The position numbers and the translations under genes were made by a program. The notes beneath the pieces were generated by a model. It did no database searches and was not told the DNA's origin. It saw only the letters and a program-made list of their open reading frames with translations. DNA of 63,994 nt, filler included. It is 12 parts of 12 records of this genome, joined end to end, with 100 filler letters (N's around TTAATTAATTAA, not from the genome) between each part and the next. Parts side by side here need not be neighbours in the genome. Positions count along the whole stretch, not along the records: positions 44,874 to 48,729 come from SRR7504441_17759; positions 48,830 to 54,565 come from SRR7504441_17763; 10 more parts are not named here. One strand, given 5' to 3'. Shown in pieces: positions 44,874-54,665 of the stretch (the first letter of the stretch is position 1; each line of letters begins with the position of its first letter).

Positions 44874-47005
44874 CTTTTTGCTCTACTTGCTGGCGGTGGA
44901 GTGGGCGCCTTAACCCCTGCCCAGACGCCTTGAAATATTTTCATGTGAGCTTGTTCAGCTTGCTCAGTCTGCTTTTCAAGATCTGGATCTGGTTCATGCA
45001 CCAGCTTACGCTGCTTGCGCGTGGCATCTATAGAAGAGGCGACTGCATCTGCATCCGCTGCCATTCCGTCAACCTTCTGAACTTCATGATCAGTCGCCCA
45101 CGACGAGGTGACTATCGGGACCTGCATAACATATGTCGGATTGCTGTGAATAACTATTAGGGGCGGTTTTGCCTCAGGACTTGAGACAGCTTCTCCAGGG
45201 ATGGAATCGTGCAGCCAGCTACCGTAGCTCGGTGTGTGGTCACTAGAAAGTCGGCCCGTGTTAAAGTCCTCGAGCCGAATTGTTGGCGTACCATCAGCTA
45301 CATAACTCAGAGCCACAGTTTCACTTGACCAGCCCCCAAGATTGGCGCTAGATCGGTGAATAGTCCATCCTAGATGGACTGTTGCATCTCCTGACACCAC
45401 AAAACATTTGAGCGCAGAAGATAACGCTGTAAAAGGTCCTAAATGTGTGGGGAAGCACCCGCAGCCAGGTAGCCCGGAGAGCTGATCTGAAAACTGCCTG
45501 CAATACGCGAGTCCTCAATGTCCCAGCCTGACCATGCAGTTCGATGCGATTTGGTTGCAAACTGTGGTAGCCCCATCTCTGGCTCCTGGTCCACCACAGC
45601 AATTGAAATCGTTACCATGCGCTCTGTTTCAAATGGTGCTGCACACATGCATGCCTTCAATTCTGTCACACTATTGACATAGAATTACCTGCAGTGAGGT
45701 CTGCTGCCCAGCCAGTTTCATGATCCCCAGGACTCTTGACCGTCCTGAACCTTCAGTTGAAGCCCCACAGCCAAGCAAACAAGTCACCAGATATCATGGT
45801 ACAACCGGAGCTGCGAAGTTCCGAGCACTGCTGAAGCTATATCTACTAGCCTCTTGCTGTTAGCCAAGAACTTCAGACCTGCTGAAAGCTCTGCCAGTTT
45901 GAAAGCCCTAAAATCATTCCACGTAAGTCGGTGATGGTGGGCGCTGGGATTACCTCTTATGAGGCTGATGCTCCTCCGACTCCGTTGGCTCGTTCTCCTG
46001 CGACAAAGCTTCGCTATGCTGCAGAAATTTGAGTACCCCCTTAGATTGGGGCCAGACCTGGGCCGCTGGTAGTGCGTTAGCTCGCACCTGTGGCGTCAAA
46101 ATCACACACGCTAGCATGGAATGTTAGGTGACCTGCGCCGCCTCTCGTCGGCTGAGCACTCCCCTGATCGTTGCATGGCCCTGCAGCTGCACCACCTCCC
46201 CAAGAGCCTTTCTCGACTCCTCTGATGCCTCAAGCCAGCGCCCGAGCAGCTGCACTGCTAGAGGCTGCTCAGGCGGGCCTGGGTCGTGCCCCTTCCACCC
46301 AGTGGCGTTCGGTGGCTCGGGTGGCACTGCCGCCTCCAAAGGAGACGCTATCCTATGCTCTGCTGTAAGTTCAGCACGGTTGAACAGCTTCTCCGGCACT
46401 CGGCCCCGCTGGATCAGATACTGACGGTGTTTCAACTTAGCGGCTTCCCGCCCGTCCAAGTTGCCCATCTTTGCCGCTAGCTGGTCCACAGACTGCTCAG
46501 CAGCCGCCTTCAGCTCACCCACTTCCTCAGCACGCCGCTGCAGTGCCAGTAGCTTCCTCAGTTGCTCCGGGCTGCCTTCGTACTGTGCGGACCGCTGGGC
46601 GTCCTCCGACGCTTCCAGCACCTGCCGATGCTCTGTGCTCAGCCTGGCTAGCTTTTCCTGGGCCGCTGCCATTGCCACCGGGCTGACCACTTGCTGCACG
46701 GCCACCTGCTCCTCCATCGGCGGCTGTGTTGTCGGGCCTTGGGTCGGACGCGGGGCGCGGGAGCTCGGGAGCCCCCCGAGCGCAAATGTGAGCAGCAGCG
46801 CGCCAACCACTGTGATGATGGCCAGCCAGCGGCTGAGCTCTAGGTCGAGCTTGCTGTGCCGCCGCCGCCTGGGGCTCCCTCCGGCCCGCTTGCTGTCCCG
46901 GGAGCCGGCCGACCGAGTGGAGCGGGCGCTTGGGCTCCGGACTGGCCGACGGGTGTACAGCGAGTCCGGGGTCTCGGGCAGAGCCCAAGAGCGCGAGTGG
47001 TCCAT
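44874..47005 (-). CDS. Type II membrane protein (single TM, coiled-coil stalk, spliced luminal domain), 3'-truncated
   Basis: MDHSRSWALP... then TM WLAIITVVGALLLTFALGG and a coiled coil. The first ORF ends just after a CAG|GT donor near 46130, and the downstream ORF pieces 45439-45669 and 44874-45400 are inferred to be further exons. Confidence 0.55.
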
Positions 47006-47084
47006 CCCCCGCTCCTCACATCGAGTGCCCGGGGTCTCCAAGTGAAGTCCGTTGACGCGCCAGTTGCTGCAGCAGTGCATCTCA

Positions 47085-48126
47085 ATGAGGCGTCCGCTCC
47101 CCGGCCCCGGCTACATGCCCGGCCCGCCCGGGCCAGCGTACACGGCGCCCCTGGGTCCAGCGCTGCCGCGGTCGTTTGGGCTGGGTCCGAGTTGGCTCGA
47201 GCTCCGGCAGCAGCAGGAGCGGGAGCGGGTGGCAGCGCTTGTGGACGCCGTGGCTGAGAGTGCGCGGCTGGCCGGGGTGGCTCTAGCTGGGGCAGGCTAC
47301 TCGGACGCGGACCGGGCCGGTAGGATCGAGCAGAGGCTGGCCGAGATCCGTTGGGAGCAGAAGCAGCTAGCCAGGGAGGCGGCGCTGTGCGGCAGGCGGC
47401 GGGAGTGGCCGAGCGGGGGGCAGGCTCCAGACCCAAGAGCTGGCCTCCGCGCTGATCGATCGGGCCTCTGCAACGAGCTCCCCGACCGAACCGGATCAGC
47501 CCGCCCAGCGGGTGCTGATTCAGCACGAGCCGCCGCCCGAGCCCGAGCCAGAGCCAGAGCCAGAGCCCGAGCCAGAGCCCGAGGAGCCGCCCTGTGCGAC
47601 CGAACAGCCGGGCGACCTGGCGGCGGCGCTGGCGGCGAAGAGCTTAGCTGACGGGCGGGGCAAGCTTTTGGCGCAGGAGATGGTTAAGGAGCAGATGAAG
47701 GCGAAGAACCAGGAGCTTTACGAAATGGAGTGTGAGATGCTCGAGTCACCCCGGAGCGAGAGAGGAGAGATGATGCTGCCGATCGCACAGCTGGACCAGC
47801 AAGCCAAGATGCTCAGGGACCTGCACGCGAGTGACCGGACTGAGCCGAGCGATTTGTTGAGTCTTGACGAGTTGCTTCAAGTGTTCGACCAGACTGATCA
47901 AGCCGGCAACGGCGACAAGACAGGTGCCCGCCCGATCCTACAGCCGGGACCGGCTGCAGGGTTTTGCGCCACTTCGGGCCTGAGAGATGAGCTGGCCAAG
48001 CTGTCATTAGAGGGTAGAAGTAGAGTCGCCGAGCTTGTCGAGATGATCGACAAATTCGACACGAAGATCCTGGTAGGCAGCGCTGTTGATAGGCGCGAGT
48101 TGGGGCCAGGATCGAGACGAGTTTGA
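47085..48126 (+). CDS. Hypothetical Pro-rich/coiled-coil protein with a (PE)8 tract
   Basis: Two ORF-track frames (47085 onward and 47512-48126) can be joined by an intron of about 40 nt ending near 47523. Confidence 0.55.
47536..47583 (+). repeat. Coding hexamer repeat (CCMGAG)8 encoding PEPEPE
   Basis: Directly visible tandem repeat. Confidence 0.9.
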
Positions 48127-48542
48127 GCGTACAGCAAATGCATGGCTGACCTACATCGTTCCTGTTCAATTAAGCCCTTGAATGCCTTGATTGACCCCAA
48201 TTTAGCTTGTACGACACTGACCAACATTGGTGCCCGCCACATCAATTGTATTATTATATACTAGTACATCATTATCGTGACATGTCGGGTGGTGCGCTCG
48301 AGCCTATCGTAGCCGAGGGTCCTGTAGTACAGTGTAAGCACCCTGCAATGGCACGCGACCCCCCTTCACCCACCCCTCCTTCTCCGGCCGCGCCTCGTTC
48401 GCAAAGTCACACGGACGCCCGCTCGCGCGTCATTTGTGGCTCAGACGGGCTTCTCCTCAATAATCAGCAACGGAAGCCTCTGCGGACGAGGGCCTCGCCC
48501 GAGCAAACCGTCTTTACCATTGCTGCAGGCAGAAGCATCATC

Positions 48543-48729
48543 ATGCAGGTGCCGTGTCCCCGTCGCTCAGACTAAAGGGGGGGGGGGGGCAGGTTGTTCA
48601 CATCGCCGTCTTTGCCCTCCTGGCCGCCCATGCCGCCTTCGCCCTCCCGTCTTCGGACGTGGTCCCCGAGGTGCCGCGCCCGCTCCTCTCGCTGAGCCCG
48701 ATGGGTGGTAGACCGGCCTGTTGCAAGCC
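48543..48729 (+). CDS. 5' fragment of a secreted protein
   Basis: ATG CAG, then an intron, then VVHIAVFALLAAHAAFALPSSDVVPE, then a donor. Truncated by the linker. Confidence 0.5.
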
Positions 48730-48829
48730 NNNNNNNNNNNNNNNNNNNNNNNNNNNNNNNNNNNNNNNNNNNNTTAATTAATTAANNNNNNNNNNNNNNN
48801 NNNNNNNNNNNNNNNNNNNNNNNNNNNNN
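48730..48829. other. Artificial contig linker
   Basis: N44-TTAATTAATTAA-N44. Confidence 0.99.
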
Positions 48830-49028
48830 CTGCCCACGCCCGGAGCTCTCGCTGCCGAGCCTCGCCTGAGGTTAGTTCGTTAGTTCAACGCGCACGCGCG
48901 CTTGCAAGCGATCAGACGGATGCACCCGGTGCGCGCTCCGCTGTCGGGCGCTCCTCCGGTACTATGTCGATTAATCAATTATGCCAGCGTATCAATAGCA
49001 TCATGATTACAGCATGCATTACACCAGA

Positions 49029-50384
49029 TTACACGAGCGCAGTTGTCGTCCCTGTGAACGTATTGCAATCGAGCTTGACCGTAGCCTTGGACCACTTCCT
49101 CTCAAATACCCCAGGCGCACTCTCACTGCACAACTCTTGCGGGGCTCCATAGTCTTGATCAAACTCGACCGGGCGAGGCACTCCATGGGGGAGCGGTGGG
49201 AGCTCCCCATGCGCCGGCTCCGGGTTGAAAGGCCAAGTCATTCCCCACACACCCCACCCGAGCCAGGCAAACGGTCCGCGTGCGAGCAGGAAGAACGCCA
49301 GGTCCTGCTTGAGCTGCGGCAGCGACGAGCCGTTCACAGTCACGCCGACCAGCCGTGCCGTAGTCTGCCAGGCATTGTCCGGTCCCGGGCTGCAAGCAGC
49401 CCTCAACTGATCAGTGCAGGTCGAACGTGAGATCAGAGTGGGCGCCGCGTTGGCGTTGGCTTGGCCGTTCATCAAGGACCACGTGTATCCGCCCTTTGCC
49501 AGGATGGCCCGCTGCACAGCGCCCATTGTGGTGGCCCATGCACTGGTGAGCTCCTTGACTTGCTGGTCGGTTAGTCCCATGTCCAGCTGTTGATACTTGT
49601 CGACCTCGGTGGCGCCCTGCACCGGATCGCTGCAGCCTGGAGTAAGCAAGTCGCTGCACCAGAAGTCGTCGATGAAGAACCCAGAGATTGCTGGGTCTCC
49701 GAGCCCAGTCGGGCCGCATATATGCTTGTCCACTATCCAATCCCGCAGCATCGACCCGTTTCTGTGATCAAACAGGTACTCGCCGCAAGGCAGCCCGTCT
49801 CCACAGTCGCACCCAGAGGGCCCGCAGGAGCCGTCAGGGTGAGGATCCGCGGTGGTGGGGACCTCAGGGGTCTGCTCTTGGTCGTGGTAGAACTCGGAGC
49901 ACTTGGATTGATTCTCCGGGGCGCAGTTGGGGACGTGGTAGCTGCCGTTGGTCCAGCCCTGAGCGCCGCCCTTGTTGAACTTGAGGAACCAGCCGGCGTA
50001 CTGGGGGTCGAGAAGCTTCTCGCGAACCGACGAAAACCAGGGTAGGGCTTTGACAACATTCCTGTACACGAACACCCGGCGCTCTGTCTTGCCGGCGGCC
50101 TTTGCCGCGGCTACGGTGAGACGGGCCTGCTGTTGCAGCCGCTCCTCGCAGTCCATTGGCCGCTGCCGGGCCCACTCTGCTTTGCCGTTGCTCCAGTCGT
50201 AGCTGGTGATCCCGAACTGGGCTCCGCGCTGCGGGGAGCTCCAGCCGGAGCCGTTGCACTGCATCGTCAGGGTGGCCGACATGGCGTAGGTGGGTTGCCA
50301 TGGTGGAAGCGTCGGGGGGAGCAGCCCGCCACTGGCCGACTGGAGCAACGGCAGAAGCAGCACCGCCCGAAAGCCTGCCATCAT
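49029..50384 (-). CDS. Secreted putative glycoside hydrolase-like protein (TIM-barrel type), intronless
   Basis: Signal peptide MMAGFRAVLLLPLLQSASG. Motifs SYDWSN, VFVYRN, YLFDHRN...LRDW and GFFIDD, with a C-terminal beta segment GVFERKWSKATVKLDC. The CDS is secure but the function is inferred. Confidence 0.65.
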   Translation of the reverse strand: MMAGFRAVLLLPLLQSASGGLLPPTLPPWQPTYAMSATLTMQCNGSGWSSPQRGAQFGITSYDWSNGKAEWARQRPMDCEERLQQQARLTVAAAKAAGKTERRVFVYRNVVKALPWFSSVREKLLDPQYAGWFLKFNKGGAQGWTNGSYHVPNCAPENQSKCSEFYHDQEQTPEVPTTADPHPDGSCGPSGCDCGDGLPCGEYLFDHRNGSMLRDWIVDKHICGPTGLGDPAISGFFIDDFWCSDLLTPGCSDPVQGATEVDKYQQLDMGLTDQQVKELTSAWATTMGAVQRAILAKGGYTWSLMNGQANANAAPTLISRSTCTDQLRAACSPGPDNAWQTTARLVGVTVNGSSLPQLKQDLAFFLLARGPFAWLGWGVWGMTWPFNPEPAHGELPPLPHGVPRPVEFDQDYGAPQELCSESAPGVFERKWSKATVKLDCNTFTGTTTALV

Positions 50385-50493
50385 GTCGCGCAGATCGCCT
50401 AACCCCGTCGGACCGCGTTCACAACGGACTTTTGGCTGCCACACAGTGAGCACACCGTGACCGGCTCCTCCGCGCTTGAGAGCTCGGCCTGAT

Positions 50494-52056
50494 ATGGGCT
50501 CACGCGGGTGGCTCCGGTGGTGCTGCGCGGCTCAGGCGGTGGCGCTGTGGGCAATCGTGGTGGCTGTCTGGTGGGGTCGTCTCAGCCCTGACAGTGGCGC
50601 CGAGAGCCCGTGCTCGACAGACGCCCAGCTCGGCGCAGTGGTGTTTTGCGACCGGATGGTGCTCCCGGGTGGCGTCCGCGCCGCATTCCTTCGGGTGAGC
50701 TCTACGGGCCGGATACAGGCGGTAACCCACGGCGACATCGCTGCGGCGAGGGAAACCGCTGCCCGGCTGCAGCTGCCGCTGCGCGACCACACCGGCCGTG
50801 TGTTGAGCCCGGGATTGATCGACGTGCACTGTCACATCTCAGCGGTGGGCCAGCGGGGCTGGGAGGGCTACAGCAGCGCCACCATGGCAGCTGCAGCCGG
50901 CGGGGTGACCAGCATCGTCGGGATGCCGTTGAACTCGCTGCCCCCGACCACCAGCCTCTCGGCGCTGGAGGGCGAACTCCGTCAGGCCGCGGCAGAGAGG
51001 CTGTGGGTGGATGTCGGGTACTGGGCTGGGATTGTGCCAGATAATGTGCATGACGGCTCGCTGGCCGAGCTGCTGGCTGATCCGCGAGTGCTAGGTGCTA
51101 AGGCCTTCCTCTCGCCGCTGCCGCCCGCAGCCGGCTACACAGCGGTGAGTCCGGCCGAGCTCGCAAGCGGAGCCGGTGTGCTGGCAGCCGCTGGTCTGCC
51201 GATGCTGGTGCACTGTGAGCTGATGAGTCCTGAGGAGATGGCAAGCCTCGAGGCCAGAGCTCGCGAGCACGGCGACCCGAGGCGTTTCTCTAGCTTCCTC
51301 AGCACCAGACCAGCCCTATTTGAGCAGCGAGCCATCGGGGTCCTCGTAGACACAATGGTCCGGACACCCGGGCTGCGAGCGCATATTGTGCACTTGAGTG
51401 ATGCCAGCAGCCTGGATCGGATCGTTGCGGCAAAGGCTCAGCTGCCCAAGAGGCAGCTGACAGTTGAAACGTGCCCGCACTACCTGACTTGGTCGGCTGA
51501 GGAGATTCCCGAGGGCGAGACCCGTTTAAAATGCCTGCCTCCTATCCGTGATAGCGCGAACCGCGACAGGCTGTGGGAAGGGCTGCAACGTGGGCAAATC
51601 GACATGCTTGCAAGCGACCACTCGCCCTGTGAGCCAGCGATGCGCCAGCTGGAGCGAGGCAACTTTTTCGAAGCTTGGGCCGGGATTTCTGGGCTCCAAA
51701 TGAACCTCGCGGCCAGCTGGAGCGCTGCCCGGCAACGTAACGCCAGTTTGGTCGACCTTGCCCGCTGGTGGAGTGAAGAGCCGGCTCGGCTGGCTGGGTT
51801 GTGGCCCTGGAAGGGCAGTTTGGATGTTGGCAAGGATGCTGACTATGTGGTCTGGGCTCCTGACGAAGCTGCGCTGGCAGATCACGTTTACCACCGTCAT
51901 CCAGGCACGCCGTATGTGACTCGGCAGCTGGTTGGCGACGTGAAGGAGACCCGGTTGCGAGGTAGGGAAGTGTTTAAGAATGCCGGACAGGGGCCGCTGC
52001 ATGCGGCCGGGGCCGCTTGTGGTCGAATCATTAGACGAGAAACCCAAGGCGGCTAG
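50494..52056 (+). CDS. allB: Allantoinase (cyclic amidohydrolase) with an N-terminal membrane anchor, intronless
   Basis: Motifs PGLIDVHCH, WEGYSSATMAAAAGGVT...MPLNSLPPTT, LVHCE, TRP, HIVHLSD, VETCPHYL, KCLPPIR, ASDHSP and AWAGISGLQ. Confidence 0.92.
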   Translation: MGSRGWLRWCCAAQAVALWAIVVAVWWGRLSPDSGAESPCSTDAQLGAVVFCDRMVLPGGVRAAFLRVSSTGRIQAVTHGDIAAARETAARLQLPLRDHTGRVLSPGLIDVHCHISAVGQRGWEGYSSATMAAAAGGVTSIVGMPLNSLPPTTSLSALEGELRQAAAERLWVDVGYWAGIVPDNVHDGSLAELLADPRVLGAKAFLSPLPPAAGYTAVSPAELASGAGVLAAAGLPMLVHCELMSPEEMASLEARAREHGDPRRFSSFLSTRPALFEQRAIGVLVDTMVRTPGLRAHIVHLSDASSLDRIVAAKAQLPKRQLTVETCPHYLTWSAEEIPEGETRLKCLPPIRDSANRDRLWEGLQRGQIDMLASDHSPCEPAMRQLERGNFFEAWAGISGLQMNLAASWSAARQRNASLVDLARWWSEEPARLAGLWPWKGSLDVGKDADYVVWAPDEAALADHVYHRHPGTPYVTRQLVGDVKETRLRGREVFKNAGQGPLHAAGAACGRIIRRETQGG

Positions 52057-52489
52057 CTAGCATACGAGTACGTACATGTTATTAATACATATATGTCCTT
52101 GACAATTACTTGACAATGTGTACAAGTAGGAATAACATTAGTGATTAGTCTCCAATAATGTTAACGATGTCAAAGAGGCAGAGAACTCGTGCTAGGCACG
52201 TACAATCATGTTGGTGTATACGATTACATGTATGGATCGGAGTCTTTATCACATGCGGGGGCACTTCATATTTACTAAGCTTACACGTACTATTTACAAT
52301 CATGACGTTGTACTAGATAGTACAAGTACATGATTGTACGAAGCTTCCACGGTGAACGGACCCATTTAAATTGGTCAAAGCCCTGCAGCTTGAACGTAGC
52401 TTGAAACAAAGAGACAAGGCTGGCCAAGAATGTACTATCTATATTTGTTTGAAGTGCTCTCAATCATTGTCTGTGATAGATCCCCGTGA

Positions 52490-54466
52490 TTACACTTCCT
52501 CGGTGTTGCTCAATTCTTCGAGACCCCTGAGAAGTTTTCGAGCGTGCTTTATTGCATTTGAACGAGGGCATGCACAGCTCCTGCACTCCTCCAGCTCTGC
52601 TACTTGGCGATACCATTCTTTCGCCTGCGCGAGATCCTTCTTTACACCACCTGTACCATTCGCGTAGCAACTGCCGAGCTTCATTTGGGCGTCTAGATCG
52701 CCCAGGTCTGCGGCCTTTCGGTAAAGTTCCAGCGCCTTTGTCAAATCCTGTTCCATGCCATCGCCACTCTCATACCACTCGGCAAGAATCAGAAGCGCAT
52801 CTTCATCCTCTTGGTCGACAGCCTTCCGCAGCCACGCCACCGCCTGCCCCTTGTCCTGCTTCACGCCATCGCCATTTGAATAGCACAAACCTAGGCTTCT
52901 CTGAGCACTGGGCGCTCCGTTTTCTGCAGCCTTGCGGATCCAGCTGACGCCCTTGGCCATGTCCTTCTCAACCCCCCTGCCACTCATGTAGCAACAGCCC
53001 ATCACACACTGTGCGTCCACATTGCCCAGGTTGGCTGCCTTGCGCAGCCACTGGACTCCTAGCGCTGAATCCTGCGCGACGCCATCGCCGTTCAGGTAGC
53101 ATTGGCCCAGGCAGTACTGTGCGTCTACATCTCCAAGCGTTGCTGCCTTACGGAACCACTCGGCAGCCTGCGCCATATCTGCATCCACGCCCTCGCCATT
53201 TAGATAACAGCAGCCTAGGCTGTACTGCGCGCTTGCAAACCCCTGGATGGCTGCCTTCCGGTACCACTTGACTGCCTCCCTCATGTCTCGCTCCACGCCA
53301 CTGCCCTCCTCATAACTCGTGCCGAGGTCCCACTGGGCGCGCGCGAAATTCTGGGCCGCAGATTTGCGGTACCACTCGATTGCCTGAACCATGTCCTTCT
53401 CCACGCCGTCGCCATCCTCGTAGCATTCGCCCAGGTAGGCCTGCGCACGGGCATTGCCTGCTTGCTCTGCCGATTTGCGGTACAACTCGGCTGCCGTGGC
53501 TACGTCCTTTGCCACCCCCACGCTGTTCTGATGGCAGGTGCCAAGAATCAGCTCAGCCACTCCCCGGCTGTCAGGCATCGCCTCCCTTAGCATCTGCACG
53601 GCCTGCTCTTCGTTGCATGCTCGGCCGCCCAGTCCCTTGAGCACGCAGTACGCTTCAGCCACAGCGCTCCCTGCATCTGCGGCTGCCCCTATGAGAATCT
53701 CGCCTCTCGCCAAGTCTTTTGCCAACTTGTCACCAAAGTGGTAGAACTCGCGGCCCTCGTCAAACAACGAATCGGCGTCCAAACGGCGGTGCTTTCCCGG
53801 CTGGTCCTCCTCGCCCAATTTTTCTTGCAGCGATGTTGCCTTCTCCTGATATATGGCTCTCACACGCGCAAACTCGGCCGGCAGCGCCTCCTTCCCCTGA
53901 AGGTCCTTCCCCAAAGCCGTCAGTTCCTCCAGCGCCTGCTTGCTCCTGCTCTCGGCCTGCGTGGCCGCCACACTCAACGCCCGCATCGTCCGGAGCTGCC
54001 CCTGGAGCCTCTGGGTCACGGCCGCGGCTGTCTCCTCCAGGGCCTGGAGCGCCGCCCCCACCTCCGGCGACCAGACCATCTGCACGCCCTCTAGGCAGCT
54101 CTTTAGTCGGCGCAGCCTGTCTCGAGGCATTACAATCGAGCGCTCAGACACCCAATCGGCTAGCTTGCCGAGTTTTTGAACCGCCTCTCCCCCCGTGGAC
54201 ACCCAGAAGACCCCGGCGAGCAGCCCAGCCAGCCGGCTGTCCTGGTCCTCGCGCCAGCGGCTGATCATGGCGCTGAGCGTGTGGTTGGGGACGAGCTTGG
54301 TGTGCGCGAGCGGCTGGTTGGTGCTCGGCGACCTGTTGCTTGACCGGAGCCAGCGCTGGATCGCGTCGTGCTCGTAGGTGTACCCGTCGGCCGCGAAGAC
54401 CGGTGTGTGCATCACATCGTGGGTGATGGGGCACGTCATCTCCGGCACAATGTTCTCCAGCTCCAT
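52490..54466 (-). CDS. U-box domain + Sel1-like repeat protein, intronless
   Basis: CPITHDVMHTPVFAADGYTYEHDAIQRWL...SPSTNQPL...LVPNHTL, followed by about 11 36-aa repeats of the form AQxxLGxCYxxGxGVxKDxxxAxxWxRKAA. Confidence 0.93.
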   Translation of the reverse strand: MELENIVPEMTCPITHDVMHTPVFAADGYTYEHDAIQRWLRSSNRSPSTNQPLAHTKLVPNHTLSAMISRWREDQDSRLAGLLAGVFWVSTGGEAVQKLGKLADWVSERSIVMPRDRLRRLKSCLEGVQMVWSPEVGAALQALEETAAAVTQRLQGQLRTMRALSVAATQAESRSKQALEELTALGKDLQGKEALPAEFARVRAIYQEKATSLQEKLGEEDQPGKHRRLDADSLFDEGREFYHFGDKLAKDLARGEILIGAAADAGSAVAEAYCVLKGLGGRACNEEQAVQMLREAMPDSRGVAELILGTCHQNSVGVAKDVATAAELYRKSAEQAGNARAQAYLGECYEDGDGVEKDMVQAIEWYRKSAAQNFARAQWDLGTSYEEGSGVERDMREAVKWYRKAAIQGFASAQYSLGCCYLNGEGVDADMAQAAEWFRKAATLGDVDAQYCLGQCYLNGDGVAQDSALGVQWLRKAANLGNVDAQCVMGCCYMSGRGVEKDMAKGVSWIRKAAENGAPSAQRSLGLCYSNGDGVKQDKGQAVAWLRKAVDQEDEDALLILAEWYESGDGMEQDLTKALELYRKAADLGDLDAQMKLGSCYANGTGGVKKDLAQAKEWYRQVAELEECRSCACPRSNAIKHARKLLRGLEELSNTEEV

Positions 54467-54565
54467 GGCCGGGTTGCCAAGCCTGGTAGCTGTATGATGT
54501 CCGTTACATGTATCTACCGGTAGTCGAACCAGCGCCCAGCGCAGAGCTGAAGCGCGGACGATGTG

Positions 54566-54665
54566 NNNNNNNNNNNNNNNNNNNNNNNNNNNNNNNNNNN
54601 NNNNNNNNNTTAATTAATTAANNNNNNNNNNNNNNNNNNNNNNNNNNNNNNNNNNNNNNNNNNNN
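54566..54665. other. Artificial contig linker
   Basis: N44-TTAATTAATTAA-N44. Confidence 0.99.
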
